NCBI GenBank assembly: GCA_022704185.1
Contig: JAKJGV010000007.1
Span: 1-48,664 of the forward strand
Length of the DNA stretch: 48,664 nucleotides
Direction: 5' to 3'
Origin: Verrucomicrobiota bacterium
GTDB lineage: Bacteria; Verrucomicrobiota; Kiritimatiellia; CAIQIC01; JAGNIJ01
Each line of letters starts with the position of its first letter. Positions within the stretch are counted from its first letter, which is position 1. The notes under the pieces were generated by a model, which ran no database searches, had not been told where the DNA came from, and saw only the letters and a list, made by a program, of their open reading frames with translations. Positions 17,694 through 29,400 of the stretch are shown in pieces. A program made the translations under genes and the position numbers.

Positions 17694-17759
17694 AACTCGG
17701 CCCGCGTCGGTTGTTTCAGGGCAGGTTTCCAGTTTCGAGTTTCCAGTTTCATGTTTCAG
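17671..17759. repeat. heptad-periodic inverted repeat (nfnA|nfnB spacer)
   Basis: GAAACTT GAAACTG GAAACTT GAAACTC, a spacer, then CAGGTTTCCAGTTTCGAGTTTCCAGTTTCATGTTTCAG. The first 21 nt are identical to 36533..36553. Ends 2 nt before the nfnB ATG. Confidence 0.85.
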
Positions 17760-17761
17760 TC

Positions 17762-19252
17762 ATGAGCCACAAATCGGCCGAACAGCTTAATGCCGAAGCG
17801 CGCAAGCACCTCGACGCGCTTCTCCCCCGCAAGGACGCCCTCAAGCCCAAGGAGCGCATGGCGATCCCGGCGCAGGAGATGCCGGCGCAGGATCCCGCGG
17901 AGCGGCGGCGCAATGTGTCCGAGGTCGCGCTCGGCTACTCGCAGGAGCAGGCGCGGCTGGAGGCGCTGCGTTGCCTCCAGTGCAAGAACGCGCCGTGCAT
18001 CGAGGGCTGTCCGGTTCGCATTGACATTCCCGCATTTGTGAAGGCGATCGCGGACGGCGATTACCAGAAGAGCGTGGATATCATCAAGCGCAACAGCCTG
18101 TTGCCTGCGGTCTGCGGCCGGGTCTGCCCCCAGGAGGTGCAATGCCAGGCGCCCTGTACGGTGGGGAAGGCGCTGAAGGATGTGGACAAGGCCGTGAACA
18201 TCGGGCGGCTGGAACGCTACGTCGCCGACTGGGAGAGGGAGAACCAGTCCTTTGATGTCCCCGCGGTGAAGCCTGAAACGGGCAAGAAGGTCGCGGTGAT
18301 CGGAAGCGGGCCGGCCAGCCTCGTGGTCGCGGCCGACGTGCGCCGCGAAGGGCATGCGGTGACCATCTTCGAGGCGTTCCACAAGCCCGGCGGAGTGATG
18401 ATCTACGGCATCCCGGAATTCCGCCTGCCGAAGAAGATCGTGCAGATGGAGATCGATACGCTCGCGGCGATGGGCGTGGAACTGCGCACCAACTACGTGG
18501 TCGGGCGCACACGGAAGCTCACGGACCTCATGACCAAGGACGGCTACCACGCGATTTTTGTCGGAACGGGCGCGGGTCTTCCGAAGTTCATGAACATCGA
18601 GGGCGAGAACCTGATCGGCGTCTTCTCCGCAAACGAGTATCTCACGCGCGCGAACCTGATGAAGGCTTACGAGGTCGGCAAGGCGGACACGCCGATCATG
18701 CCGTCGCGCAAGGTGGTGGTGCTGGGCGGGGGCAACGTGGCGATGGATGCCGCTCGAGTGGCCCTGCGCCTGGGGGCCGGCGAAGTGCATGTCGTGTACC
18801 GGCGCACGGAGGTCGAAATGCCCGCGCGCGTGGAGGAGGTCCGGCACGCGAAGGAGGAGGGCATCGAGTTCCACCTGTTGCAGAACGCGAAGCGCATCCT
18901 CGGCGACGAGTACGGCCGCGTGACGGGAATCGAGTGCCTGCGGTACGAGCTCGGCGAGCCGGATGCTTCGGGGCGGCGGCGGCCGGTGGAGCTCAAGGGC
19001 AGCGAATTCATGATCGAGTGCGACGCAGTGATTGTCGCGATCGGCAACGACTCGAATCCTTTGATCAAGCAGACCACGCCGGAGCTGAACGTCAACAAGT
19101 GGGGCCACATCATCGTGGACGAAAACGGCCGCACCTCGATACCCGGGGTTTATGCCGGCGGCGACATCGTGCTGGGCGCGGCGACCGTGATCCTCGCGAT
19201 GGGGCAGGGCCGAACCGCGGCGAAAGCGATCAACGAGTACCTGGCGGGTTAG
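17762..19252 (+). CDS. nfnB: NfnB / glutamate synthase small-subunit-like NADPH-dependent oxidoreductase
   Basis: Internal start MSHKSAEQL. CLQCKNAPCIEGCPV and VCGRVCPQEVQCQAPC Fe-S motifs. VAVIGSGPASL and VVVLGGGNVAMD Rossmann motifs. Confidence 0.9.
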   Translation: MSHKSAEQLNAEARKHLDALLPRKDALKPKERMAIPAQEMPAQDPAERRRNVSEVALGYSQEQARLEALRCLQCKNAPCIEGCPVRIDIPAFVKAIADGDYQKSVDIIKRNSLLPAVCGRVCPQEVQCQAPCTVGKALKDVDKAVNIGRLERYVADWERENQSFDVPAVKPETGKKVAVIGSGPASLVVAADVRREGHAVTIFEAFHKPGGVMIYGIPEFRLPKKIVQMEIDTLAAMGVELRTNYVVGRTRKLTDLMTKDGYHAIFVGTGAGLPKFMNIEGENLIGVFSANEYLTRANLMKAYEVGKADTPIMPSRKVVVLGGGNVAMDAARVALRLGAGEVHVVYRRTEVEMPARVEEVRHAKEEGIEFHLLQNAKRILGDEYGRVTGIECLRYELGEPDASGRRRPVELKGSEFMIECDAVIVAIGNDSNPLIKQTTPELNVNKWGHIIVDENGRTSIPGVYAGGDIVLGAATVILAMGQGRTAAKAINEYLAG

Positions 19253-19454
19253 GATCCCCTCACCCCGACCCTTTCCCGGAGGGAGAGGGAGAAGTCTACA
19301 TCCGGCTGGCAACGGCTGAGATCCAAGAACTGTTTCTCATCCCGACGAGCGCTGCGCGAGGAGGGATCTCTCTCCCGTCTTGCCGCCTCTGCCCGCGCAG
19401 AGATCCCTCGCTTCGCCCCGCGGGACGCAGGGCACGCTCGGGATGACATGGGCA

Positions 19455-20462
19455 TTACTTCTTGGCAAGGCCGGCATCAATAATGTTCCGGCACGCGCGG
19501 CCCGCCTCCACATCCGCGACATTCTGCAGCGTGGTCTCGGCGATGTTCCGCATCGCTTCGCGTGTGAAGAAGGCCTGGTGGCCGGTGATAATGACGTTCG
19601 GGAAGGTCAGCAGGCGCGAGAAGACATCATCCTGAATCACCCGCGTTGAGAGGTCCTCGAAGAACAGATCCGCTTCTTCCTCGTATACATCGAGCCCGAG
19701 ATACCCGATCTTGCCCGATTTCAGCCCGGCGATGACGGTCCGGGTGTCAATCAGCTCGCCGCGGCTGGAGTTGATGAGCATGACGCCGGGCTTCATGCGC
19801 CTCACGGCCTCCGCGCCGATCAGGTGATACGTTTCGGGGATCAGCGGGCAATGCAGCGTGATGATGTCCGACTTCCTGTACAGTTCGTTCAGCGCCACGT
19901 ATCGCGCGCCGAGCTGCTCGACCTCCGGATTGCGCCGCACGTCGTGCGCGAGCACTTCGCAGGCGAATCCCCTGACGATACGCGCGACGATGGCGCCGAT
20001 CTTGCCGGTGCCGATGACTCCCACCGTGCGCCCGCGCATGTCGAACCCCAGCAATCCGTCGAGGGAGAAGTTCCCCTCGCGGACGCGCGTGTACGCCTTG
20101 TAGATCTTGCGGTTCAGCGTCAGTATCAGCCCGACCGTGTGTTCCGCCACTGCGGACGGGGAGTAGGCGGGGACGCGGACGATCTTCATGCCGAGTCGAG
20201 CCGCGGTCTTGAGGTCCACGTTGTTGAAGCCGGCGCAGCGGAGGGCGACCACGCGTGTGCCGTTGGCGTGAAGCTGATCGAGCACGGGGGCGCTGACCTC
20301 GTCGTGCACGAACACGCAGACGGCCTCATATCCGGCGGCGAGGCTGACGGTCTGCGTCGAGAGGCGCGGTTCCAGGAAGGTGAGTTTGTGCCGGAACGCG
20401 CGATTGGCGGCGCGCAGGAATTCCTCGTCGTACGGCTTGGTATTGAAGACCGCAGTTTTCAT
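19455..20462 (-). CDS. ldhA: D-lactate dehydrogenase (D-isomer-specific 2-hydroxyacid dehydrogenase)
   Basis: Internal start [16 protein letters not shown]. Collinear with E. coli LdhA: [59 protein letters not shown]. Confidence 0.9.
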   Translation of the reverse strand: MKTAVFNTKPYDEEFLRAANRAFRHKLTFLEPRLSTQTVSLAAGYEAVCVFVHDEVSAPVLDQLHANGTRVVALRCAGFNNVDLKTAARLGMKIVRVPAYSPSAVAEHTVGLILTLNRKIYKAYTRVREGNFSLDGLLGFDMRGRTVGVIGTGKIGAIVARIVRGFACEVLAHDVRRNPEVEQLGARYVALNELYRKSDIITLHCPLIPETYHLIGAEAVRRMKPGVMLINSSRGELIDTRTVIAGLKSGKIGYLGLDVYEEEADLFFEDLSTRVIQDDVFSRLLTFPNVIITGHQAFFTREAMRNIAETTLQNVADVEAGRACRNIIDAGLAKK

Positions 20463-20587
20463 GATAACGCACTGGAGACAGCGCGTGACTAATCTACCTC
20501 CATTCATGCCTTTTTCAACGGGTACGGCGTCTTTTCTGCGTTTCTTCGGCGTTGCCACGTCCGGCATCATCCCGTAACATCCGGCCC

Positions 20588-23500
20588 ATGCGCCCCATAC
20601 TGGACAGGCTGGCTGAGAACCACCGGCGGAAGATCGGACCGATCCTGTTTCTTGCATCGCTCGTGCTGTACGTCCTCACGATGAGCCGTTACGCGGCCCC
20701 GGGGCCGTTTGCGCGGCACATCGTCGAGCAGTTGGGCTTGTTCCCGTTTCCTCCGCTTTCCCGGTTCCTCTGGGGCGTGGCGCTGAACATCCTGGCCGCG
20801 ATTCCCCTGGGCGCGACCGTCCTGAAGCTCAACCTGTTCAGCGCCGTCTGCGGGGCCGCGTCGGTGTGGTTGATGTTCACGCTGGTGTCGCGAATCCCGC
20901 GCGATCGCACGGCGGAAGAAGCGGAAGCCCGCTTCCCGATGGAAGGGCTGCAGGTCCTTTCGGGAATCGTCGCCGCCGTCTTTCTCGCGGTTTGCACCCC
21001 GTTCTGGGTGGTCTCCAACCGAACGCACCCGGCGTCGTTCGACACCCTGATGTTGTTGTTCACCGTCTGGTTGACGGTGCGATTTCTCGATACGAAGAAG
21101 CTCGGGTGGGGTTGCCTTTCGGCGTTGTTCTTCGCGCTCGGGCTCACCCAGTTCGCGACGTTCGTCCTCCTGGTCCCGATCTACGCGTTGCTGATGGCTT
21201 ACATCCTCTGGCGCTCCGGCCTGTTTCGCACGCAGCACATCGTGGTCGTGGCGCTCTGCGCACTTGCCGGCCTCCTCCCATACTTTCTCGGCGCGTTGCG
21301 ATACGCGTTGTCGCCTGCGTTCGAATGGCGGGAGTTCGGCAGCTACTGGAAGGTGTTGTGGTACGTTTTCAGGGAGCAGTACCTGGAGCTTCGCTTCAGC
21401 GTTCCCCAGGTCGGCTGGCTGCTGGTCTTGATGGTCAACCTGGTGCCCTGGTTGATCGTGATCGCTTTTCCCAAGCGCGCGATGACGCGCAGCACGGTAT
21501 TCAGCTCGAATGTCCTGCACGCGTTGCTGGGCGTGCTGGCCTGCCTGATTCTGTTCAACGTGCCGATCGCGCCGTGGCCCCTGCTCGGGACCCGGCCGCT
21601 GCTCGTGATGCCCTACGTGCTCACGGCGATGTGGGCCGGATACATTGCCGGCTACTGGTATCTCTTCTTCTATGTGCAGAGCCGTTTTGAGATCAAGGGA
21701 CGGGCGAACATCCGGGCGATCGGGCGGGGGTTCTACCTGCCGCTGCTCGCGGTGGTGCTGGTTTCCGCCGCGGCGTGGAACTGGAGGGAGTCGGACGCGC
21801 GCGGGGGCGATCCCGTGTCCGCGTTCGCGCAGGCGGTGGTGGAGGACCTGGACGGGCGCGAATGGCTGATATCCAACGGGGTGCTGGACGATGTCATCGT
21901 TCTGCTGGCTGCCGAGCAACGCGTGCCCGTGCAGGTGGTGAACGCCACGCAGGCCGGCGGGGCGTACCTCCGATATCTTGCCTCCAAGTTTGAAGAGCCG
22001 CGGCTCAAGGGGTTGGCGCAGGTGGGGTTGGGGCCTTTGCTCGCGGAATGGTTCATCTCGGATACCACCGTTACCGGGGCCGTGGCGGTGCTCAGCGTGC
22101 CGGATCTCTGGACGGCGGAGGGGCTTCTGCCGGTTCCAGACCGCACGATGTTCCGTGGCGTGCGCAGCGACAAGGAGATCAACCCGGAATCGTATTTCGC
22201 CCGGCAGAAAGAGATGTGGGACACGCTCGGCAAGGAGATTGCCGGGGCCGCGAGCCGCCGGAATCCCGCGCAACCCTGGATTCAATGGCTTCAGACTCAT
22301 ATCAGCAAGGTGGCCAACAACGCCGGCGTGTTGCTTGAGGACCTGCAACGCAAAGACCTCGCCTTCGAGGCGTACAGCGCGGCGCGGGACCTGGACACGA
22401 ACAACATCAGCGCGCTGCTCAACATGCTGGATCTCGCCCACGCCGACGCGCGCCCGGAAAAGGCCGCGCTGGAGGCGGAGTTCGAGGTCTTCGTCGGCAA
22501 GTTGCGCAGCCGCCTGCGGCTCTGGTCCCTGGCCCAGCATTACGGTTATGTCCGCCGGCCCGAGGCCTTCACGAGCCGGGGCTGGGCGTGGGCGATGTCC
22601 GGCAAGCCCGGCGCCGGCATGAAGGAGATCGAGCGCGCGATGGCCTCCGGCGCGAGCCGCCAGCAGGTCGAGCGCACCATGGCCGCGATCTACTTCATGC
22701 AGCGCATGGATGCTGAGGGCGAGCAGATCTACCTTTCGATCCTGGAGAAGGATCCGAAGGACTTGTCCGCGATTGTCGGCCTGCTTCATCTTGCGATTCG
22801 CAACGGGGATATCCCGCAGGCTGCTCAGTACCTGGCGCGCCTGCGCGAGGCCGGGGCGCCGGAAGATCTCGTGGCGATGGAAGAGGCGGCGATCGAGATC
22901 CTCGACGGCAACGCCCCCATCGCGGAGGAGGTGCTCCTGGGGCTCGTGAAGCGGCAGCCCAAGAATTTTCGCGCGTGGAGCCTGCTGACCCTGATCTCGG
23001 AGAATGCGAAGGTCGTCGATGACGCGAATGTCGCGCTCGCGGCGGGCAACGTGCGGTCGCCGGACGTGCTGTTGATCATGGCGCACGCCGCGCTGCGGCG
23101 CAGGGACCCGCGCTCCGCGCGGGAGTATCTCGAACAGATTCTCCAGGTCCAGCCCGCGAGCGTCCAGGCGCTGGAAACGCTGCTGGGGCTGGACGTGGCG
23201 GAATCCCGGCGCGACCTGGCCGAACTCCACCTGGAGCAGCTGCTGAGGCTCGATCCCCGCAATGCGCAGGCCAACTACGTGCTCGGCACCATCCAGTACG
23301 CGCGGGGAGAAGTCCATCTGGCCGAGGCTTCCTACCGGGCGAGCATCGCGGCGAAGCCCTCGGCGGAGGCGCTAAACGACCTCGCGTGGATCGTCCAGCG
23401 GAAAGGGAACTTCGAGGAGGCCCTTGAGCTGGTGCGCCGGTCGCTGGAGATGAACGCGAACAGCGCGCCCGCGTGGGATACGATGGGGGTCATTCTCCTG

Positions 23501-23737
23501 GAGCTTGGAAGGATGGAAGAAGCCAAGCAGGCGCTGGACCGGGCGCTCGCGATCCGGCCCGGCGCGGCGGCGCTCGTGTTGCACATGGCGCAGTACTACC
23601 GGCGGATGGGAATGGTCGCGGAAGCTCGCGAACTGGCCGACCCGCTGATGGCTCGCGCGGTTGAGCTTCAGCCCGACGAATACGACGAGCTCCGCAAGCT
23701 GATGGAGCAACTGCGGCTGGAGGCGCGGGCCCCTTGA
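20588..23737 (+). CDS. polytopic membrane protein, divergent DUF2723-like N-domain plus C-terminal TPR repeats
   Basis: About 12 TM segments followed by long TPR-like repeats ([31 protein letters not shown]). Same architecture as 26482..29499, but the DSGE and HPPGYP motifs are absent. ATG at 20588 preferred over TTG at 20552. Confidence 0.7.
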   Translation: MRPILDRLAENHRRKIGPILFLASLVLYVLTMSRYAAPGPFARHIVEQLGLFPFPPLSRFLWGVALNILAAIPLGATVLKLNLFSAVCGAASVWLMFTLVSRIPRDRTAEEAEARFPMEGLQVLSGIVAAVFLAVCTPFWVVSNRTHPASFDTLMLLFTVWLTVRFLDTKKLGWGCLSALFFALGLTQFATFVLLVPIYALLMAYILWRSGLFRTQHIVVVALCALAGLLPYFLGALRYALSPAFEWREFGSYWKVLWYVFREQYLELRFSVPQVGWLLVLMVNLVPWLIVIAFPKRAMTRSTVFSSNVLHALLGVLACLILFNVPIAPWPLLGTRPLLVMPYVLTAMWAGYIAGYWYLFFYVQSRFEIKGRANIRAIGRGFYLPLLAVVLVSAAAWNWRESDARGGDPVSAFAQAVVEDLDGREWLISNGVLDDVIVLLAAEQRVPVQVVNATQAGGAYLRYLASKFEEPRLKGLAQVGLGPLLAEWFISDTTVTGAVAVLSVPDLWTAEGLLPVPDRTMFRGVRSDKEINPESYFARQKEMWDTLGKEIAGAASRRNPAQPWIQWLQTHISKVANNAGVLLEDLQRKDLAFEAYSAARDLDTNNISALLNMLDLAHADARPEKAALEAEFEVFVGKLRSRLRLWSLAQHYGYVRRPEAFTSRGWAWAMSGKPGAGMKEIERAMASGASRQQVERTMAAIYFMQRMDAEGEQIYLSILEKDPKDLSAIVGLLHLAIRNGDIPQAAQYLARLREAGAPEDLVAMEEAAIEILDGNAPIAEEVLLGLVKRQPKNFRAWSLLTLISENAKVVDDANVALAAGNVRSPDVLLIMAHAALRRRDPRSAREYLEQILQVQPASVQALETLLGLDVAESRRDLAELHLEQLLRLDPRNAQANYVLGTIQYARGEVHLAEASYRASIAAKPSAEALNDLAWIVQRKGNFEEALELVRRSLEMNANSAPAWDTMGVILLELGRMEEAKQALDRALAIRPGAAALVLHMAQYYRRMGMVAEARELADPLMARAVELQPDEYDELRKLMEQLRLEARAP

Positions 23738-24636
23738 GCCCGCCGTTCCTTTCGCGCGGGCGTCGCTTCGTCATTCCTCTCTGCGCGTGGCTTGGTCTTT
23801 TCGCCTGCCTGTCGCGCGCGGACGAGATCCGCATCATCAGCCTATCCCCCAGTTTGACCGAGTTGATCTGCGATATGGGATTGACCGGGCTGCTGGCCGG
23901 ACGGTCGAGTGCGTGTGACTATCCTCCCTCCGTCGTTTCGGTGCCCGTGGTGGGCGATTTCGGACGACCCAACTGGGAGCGCATCATCCAGCTGCGGCCT
24001 ACCGTCGTGGTCGCCACGGATCTCGAGCGTCCGGCCATGATGCGGCGCCTCCGGGAAGAGGGAATCGCCACGCTCCTGTTGCCGTGCGAAGGTTGGGAAC
24101 CCCTGCTTGCCGCGGCGCGCGCCATCGCGGAAGCGGCCGGACAGTCGCAGGCGGGCGAGGAGTGGGTGAGCCGGATGCAGTCGCGCAGGGAATCGCTGCA
24201 ACAACGCGTGAGTTCCTTCTACGCCGGGCGCGCGCGGCCGCGCGTGTACGCGGAAGTGTGGGGACGCCCGCTGACGACCCCGGCGCGGGATACGTTTCTC
24301 AGCGATGTCATAACGCTGGCCGGCGGAGACAATGTCGCGGCCTCCCTGTCCGGCAAGTATGTCCACATCAGCGCCGAATGGGTGGTTCGCCAGGACCCCG
24401 ACGTGATCCTGCTGGCCTACATGCTCGAATCCGGGGCCGCGGCGGCCAACCTGAAGGCGCGCGTGGGATGGGCCTCCATGCGGGCGATGCGTGACGGTTC
24501 GATCTGCCAGTCCATCCCGCCCGATCACCTGCTCCGGCCCGGGCCTCGCTTGATGGACGGGGCGGAAGCGCTTGCGGAGTGGTTGATGCAGTGGTCGCAA
24601 ACCTTCGATCGCGGTTCCGATGATCCGCGCAATTGA
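23734..24636 (+). CDS. ABC transporter periplasmic binding protein, BtuF/FecB (cobalamin/iron-chelate) type
   Basis: Signal peptide, then RIISLSPSLTELICDMGL and PDVILLAY, typical of class III binding proteins. TTG start overlaps the upstream stop (TTGA). Confidence 0.8.
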   Translation: MSPPFLSRGRRFVIPLCAWLGLFACLSRADEIRIISLSPSLTELICDMGLTGLLAGRSSACDYPPSVVSVPVVGDFGRPNWERIIQLRPTVVVATDLERPAMMRRLREEGIATLLLPCEGWEPLLAAARAIAEAAGQSQAGEEWVSRMQSRRESLQQRVSSFYAGRARPRVYAEVWGRPLTTPARDTFLSDVITLAGGDNVAASLSGKYVHISAEWVVRQDPDVILLAYMLESGAAAANLKARVGWASMRAMRDGSICQSIPPDHLLRPGPRLMDGAEALAEWLMQWSQTFDRGSDDPRN

Positions 24637-24670
24637 CACGGCATCCGCACAGGCATAGTTTGCCTGCGGC

Positions 24671-25666
24671 GTGAATGCGGAATCGTCATCCGAAACCGGC
24701 AGAAGAAACAGGCTGCGAGCTCTCGTCTTGCTGTCCGCGCTGGTCGTTGCCGCCAGCGTCTTCCTCGGGGAAGGGTGGCGGAATCCGCCGGCGTTGTTCG
24801 CGCCTGAACAGGCGGGCGTCCTGGCCATGCGGCTCTGGCGAGTCGGCGCCGGCGTCCTGGTGGGCGCAGCATTGGGCGCGGCGGGGGTCGTGCTGCAGTC
24901 CGTGCTGCGCAACCCGCTGGCGGAGCCGTATGTCCTCGGACTTTCCTCGGGCGCGGCGTTGGGCACGGCCTTGTGCATCATCGGCGGCGGCGCACTGGCG
25001 GGCGCGCTGGCGCTTCCCATCGGAGGATTCGCGGGCGCGCTGGCAAGCCTGGCGATCGTCTATGCGCTTGCGAGCGCGGGCCGGAGAACGATGCCCCACA
25101 CGCTGATCCTTGCGGGCGTGGTGTGGAGTTCGCTTTGCGGCAGCCTGCTGATGTTCCTGGTGTCGCAGTCGTCGGCCGAAGGCCTGCACGCGATCCTTTG
25201 GTGGTTCCTTGGAGACCTGCAGGTGTTCGATCCGCGGCTTGTGCTGGGCGGCGCTGTGTTCGTTCTGGTTTCGCTGGGCCTGCTGGTTCCCCGGCTGCGC
25301 CACATGAACGCGCTGATGCTGGGCGACGAGGTGGCCGGTCATGTCGGGCTGAATCCGGAAAGCGAACGACGGTGGCTGCTGGCGATCGCGGCGCTGATGG
25401 CGGGCGCGGCCGTGGCGGTGAGCGGTTTGATCGCGTTTGTCGGCCTGACGGTCCCTCACGCGGCGCGCGCGCTGGTGGGGCCGGATCACCGACGCCTGGT
25501 TCCGGCGGCGGCCTTGCTGGGAGCGGCATTCCTCACGTGCGTGGACGGATTCGGACGAATCGTGCTGTATCCCATCGAAGTGCCCGTCGGCGTTTTCACG
25601 GCCATCATCGGAGCGCCGTTTTTCCTGATCCTGTTGCGGCGCGGGCAGAAGCGGGTCTGGAGCTGA
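24671..25666 (+). CDS. FecCD/BtuC-family ABC transporter permease
   Basis: GAALGAAGVVLQSVLRNPLAEPYVLGLSSGAALG and GVFTAIIGAPFFLILLRR are FecCD signatures. Confidence 0.9.
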   Translation: MNAESSSETGRRNRLRALVLLSALVVAASVFLGEGWRNPPALFAPEQAGVLAMRLWRVGAGVLVGAALGAAGVVLQSVLRNPLAEPYVLGLSSGAALGTALCIIGGGALAGALALPIGGFAGALASLAIVYALASAGRRTMPHTLILAGVVWSSLCGSLLMFLVSQSSAEGLHAILWWFLGDLQVFDPRLVLGGAVFVLVSLGLLVPRLRHMNALMLGDEVAGHVGLNPESERRWLLAIAALMAGAAVAVSGLIAFVGLTVPHAARALVGPDHRRLVPAAALLGAAFLTCVDGFGRIVLYPIEVPVGVFTAIIGAPFFLILLRRGQKRVWS

Positions 25667-25670
25667 CGTC

Positions 25671-26471
25671 ATGGTGGAGAATCGTAAAGCGGAAGCCGGG
25701 ATGCTGGAGGCCGTGCAGGTCTGCGCGGGTTACGACGCGCGCGCGGTCCTGCGCGATGTGTCGGTGGTTGCCGGCGCCGGCGAAATGCTGGGGCTCATCG
25801 GGCCGAACGGGTCCGGGAAGACGACGTTGCTGCGGGTCCTGAGCGGTTTTCTGCCGTGCCGGTCCGGGCAGGTGAAGGTGGCGGGCCGCGCGCTCGACCG
25901 GGTTTCCCGGCGCGAACTGGCGCGGGCGCTGGCCTTTGTGCCGCAAGCGATCGAGATGCCGGTGGCCTACACCGTGGAGGATGTCGTGGCGATGGGCCGC
26001 ACCCCTTACGTTCCGGGATGGGCCCCGCTCTCGGCAAGGGATCGCGAAGTGGTGCGCGGTGCGTTGGCGGCGATGGATCTCGAAGCCCTGGCGGAGCGGC
26101 CGATGAACGAGCTCAGCGCCGGCGAGCGCCAGCGCGCCGTGGTTGCGATGGCGCTCGCGCAGGAACCGCGGATCCTCCTGCTGGACGAGCCGGTGGCGCA
26201 CCTGGATATCCAGCATGCGTGGAAACTGATGGAAACCGTCTCGCGCATGAACCGCGAGCAGGAGCTCACGGTGGTGGTCTCGCTGCACGATCTCAACCTG
26301 GCCGCCCGCTTCTGTCCCCGCCTGCTTCTCCTGGACGGTGGCGGGATCGCGGCGTCCGGCACCTGTGCGCAGGTGCTCGACGAGGAAATCCTCCGGCGGG
26401 TGTACCGGCATCCCATCGAGACGATCCGCCGCGAGGATGGGAGCCTGATCCTGGTCCCCGGCGCGAAGTGA
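25671..26471 (+). CDS. ABC transporter ATP-binding protein (BtuD/FepC-like)
   Basis: Walker A GPNGSGKTT, signature LSAGERQR, Walker B ILLLDEP. Confidence 0.9.
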   Translation: MVENRKAEAGMLEAVQVCAGYDARAVLRDVSVVAGAGEMLGLIGPNGSGKTTLLRVLSGFLPCRSGQVKVAGRALDRVSRRELARALAFVPQAIEMPVAYTVEDVVAMGRTPYVPGWAPLSARDREVVRGALAAMDLEALAERPMNELSAGERQRAVVAMALAQEPRILLLDEPVAHLDIQHAWKLMETVSRMNREQELTVVVSLHDLNLAARFCPRLLLLDGGGIAASGTCAQVLDEEILRRVYRHPIETIRREDGSLILVPGAK

Positions 26472-26481
26472 ACGGCCCGGG

Positions 26482-29400
26482 TCAGAACATCGGCAGGTTG
26501 GACGGCAACTTCATCATCGGCAGCGTGGTCCGCAGTGCGGGGACGAGCGCCTTGTACTGCGGGTGCTCGCGCACCGATTCGAAACGGTTGTCTTTTCGCA
26601 CCGCTTCCCGCGCCTGCTCCCCGCCCAGTTGGATCGCCTGCTGCAGTGACGCAAACGCGCGATCGAGCTGCTGCAGCATGATCTGCGTGGCCGCGAGTTC
26701 CACCCAGATCCGGGCGTCGCCGGCGTCCCGCGACAGGTAACGCTGCAGCGCATGCGCCAGCAGGTCCATCCGCTTGGAGTCGAAGTACATCTTCGCGACC
26801 ATGAGGTAGTAGTTGGCCGGGATGTTGGTGTCGTTGAGGATGTTCATGGTCAGGCTCTGGAACGGGCCGTCCATGCGCAGTTTGTTGTAGAGGTCGGCCA
26901 GTTCCATCGCGGCGTTCAACTCGCCCTGGCCGGAGGCGAACACGCCTTCCAGTTCCACGCGCCGCAGGTCGGCCTTTTCCGTTTCCTGGATCTGGCCGAG
27001 GAATTCGGCGACCTTCGTATTGGCCGGATCCAGCTTGAGGAATTTCTCGATCAGCATGCGCGCGTTGGTGAATTCGCGCTGCTGCATGTGCACGTCCGCG
27101 AGGCGGAAGTTGGCTTCCGGGCTGAGCGGGTAGAGATCAATCGCCTGCTGGAACGCGTACTCCGCCTCGTCGAACATCCGCCGGAAGGCGTAGATGCCCG
27201 CGATGGCCCCGCGAAGCTTGGAGAACGTCTTGCGCGCGACGACATCCCGCTCGAACTTCGGATTCTTCAGCAGGCGCTCCGCATACCAGTCCCAGAACTT
27301 CCGGTCGTTGGCCACGACCTCGGGCGAAAGGCCCGGAAGCGGCTCGCTGTTGATCTCCATGATCAGGCCGTGGGGTTCCAGGTAGGGATACATCCACGGG
27401 ATGACGTAGCTTTCCTCGACATAGAACGGGTGCTTGTGCTTGTTGGCCTCGAAGATCATCTTGGCGAGGATGCCGTTGATCATCATGACGCCCTGCACGC
27501 CCTGCACGCTGACGCGCCCGTCCTGGAACTGGACATCCGCACCCGCGGGGATGCGGCCGGCCTGGACGTCCTCGACGTACTGCTGGAAAGCGAAGTTGCT
27601 GTCCTGCTGGGAGGGAATCCAGATCGTGTCGCCATACAGGTCCCGCATGACGCTCATGTACGTGTTGTCGGCGAGCGCGTTCTGCGTGATCAGGTAGACA
27701 TCGGTCCGGACCTTGGCGCAGTAGATCATGTAGGTGGGCACGAATCGTCCCGGATCGGTGCCGCCGTAGAAGATCGCATTGGTTCCCATGGGCGGAGGAT
27801 AGCCGGGGGTCGGATACGCGGCCCATTCCTTCTCGAACTCCTCGGGCGACATCTCGTGCTGGAAATCGGCGCGGATGCCTTCCTCGCCCTGCAATTGCCA
27901 GTTGCCGAACTGCCAGCCGAAGTCGTGGCCGTTCTGCTCCACGCCGCCGACGATCTTCAGGTACTCGTCGTCGTACGCGTTTCGCAGGACGGGGGCCAGG
28001 GGGATGAGCGCCACGGCGACGATCCCGACATACTTCGCCGCGCCGCGCCCGCCGGCCAGCGTTTCGATCCAGGTGAGGCCGAAGATCAGGCCGTAGGCGA
28101 TCCAGAGCGCGAAGACGGCGTGGGCCTGGATGTACTGCACGCGCCCGATGAACAGCGTCTGCACGTCAAGCTGGGGATACTGGAAGATGAGAAAGATGAC
28201 GGTCAGCGAGATGAACGTGAGGAACGTGACCGCGAGCCAGTTCCGCGCACGCCGGTCTATGGCACGCAGGAACGGCGGGATCAAGAGGACCAGCGCGGAA
28301 ATCCACCACATGAACTGGGCCACCACGGAGATGAAATCGCGCGGGTTGAAGATCACGGTGTTCAGCAGCGCGAGGAAATGACCCGGATTCTGCGCGGCGT
28401 GCTTCAGGTTGGCCACGGGGTCGATCTTCTCGTACTGGCCGCGGGTGAACGCGTGCTTGAAGCCTTCTGTTGTGCGCGGATAGCCCCAGTTGATCGGGGG
28501 ATTCTGCTCCGAGGAGAACGGCAGGTACGCGTAGAAGGACAAGCCCAGCAGAAGGCTGGCGACGATGATCGTGACGCGCTTCCATTCGGTGAAGAGGCGG
28601 CGCTCGATCAGGAACAGGCCCGCCGGGGAAATGAGGAAGACGAGCGACATCATCACCGTCAGTTGCTTCTGGCGGAGCGCGGCATCGGGCAGGGGACCCT
28701 TGAGCAGCGACGCTTTCCACATCAGGTATCCGGCGATCGCGAGACAGCCGGCCGCCATGCAGTCGCGGAACAGGCGCCGATCGCGGAACCAGATGGCGGC
28801 CGCGAGGCCGAGTCCGGCGAAGACGATGCTCTGGTGATTGGTGAAGCCGAGTCCGAAAAGAAACGCCGTGAGATAGAGGAGATAGTCCTCCCTCGGGCGG
28901 CACATCCAGCGGTACGTCAGCAGGATGATGAGCGACAGGAACAGGGCGTTGAGGCTGTACACTTCCACGATGACGGACTGGGACCACAGCACGGGGCTGA
29001 ACGCGAAAAGAAGGCCGCCGGTCACGCCGCCGACCCAGCAGATCAAGGCTTCCGTCTTGAGCCCGAGCACGTCGGTGGCCCGCTTCATGCTGCGCAGCAT
29101 GTCCGCGCCCGACCGGCTGATCAGGATTGCCAGCACGGCGCACGACGCGGCGCCGAAGACGGCGGAGCTGAAACCGACGCCCCACGCGGGGTTCGGGTTG
29201 CCATTGTATCGAACCCATCCGAAAATCCATTGAAAGAACCACGTCAGCAGCGACCAGATCGGATATCCGGGAGGGTGAGGTACGCCGAGGTAATCCGACG
29301 CGACCGCCAGCTCACCGGAGTCTTCGAGCGTGACCGTGGGCGCCAGCGTGTACCAATAGGCGCCGAGCGAGATGATGAAAGTGGTCCAGAACGCGTTCCA

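Noticed and set aside
23700-23760. Cobalamin riboswitch ahead of the BtuF-like importer
   Set aside because: The btuF-like start overlaps the upstream stop codon, leaving no leader. No B12-box-like sequence was seen upstream of 20588 either.
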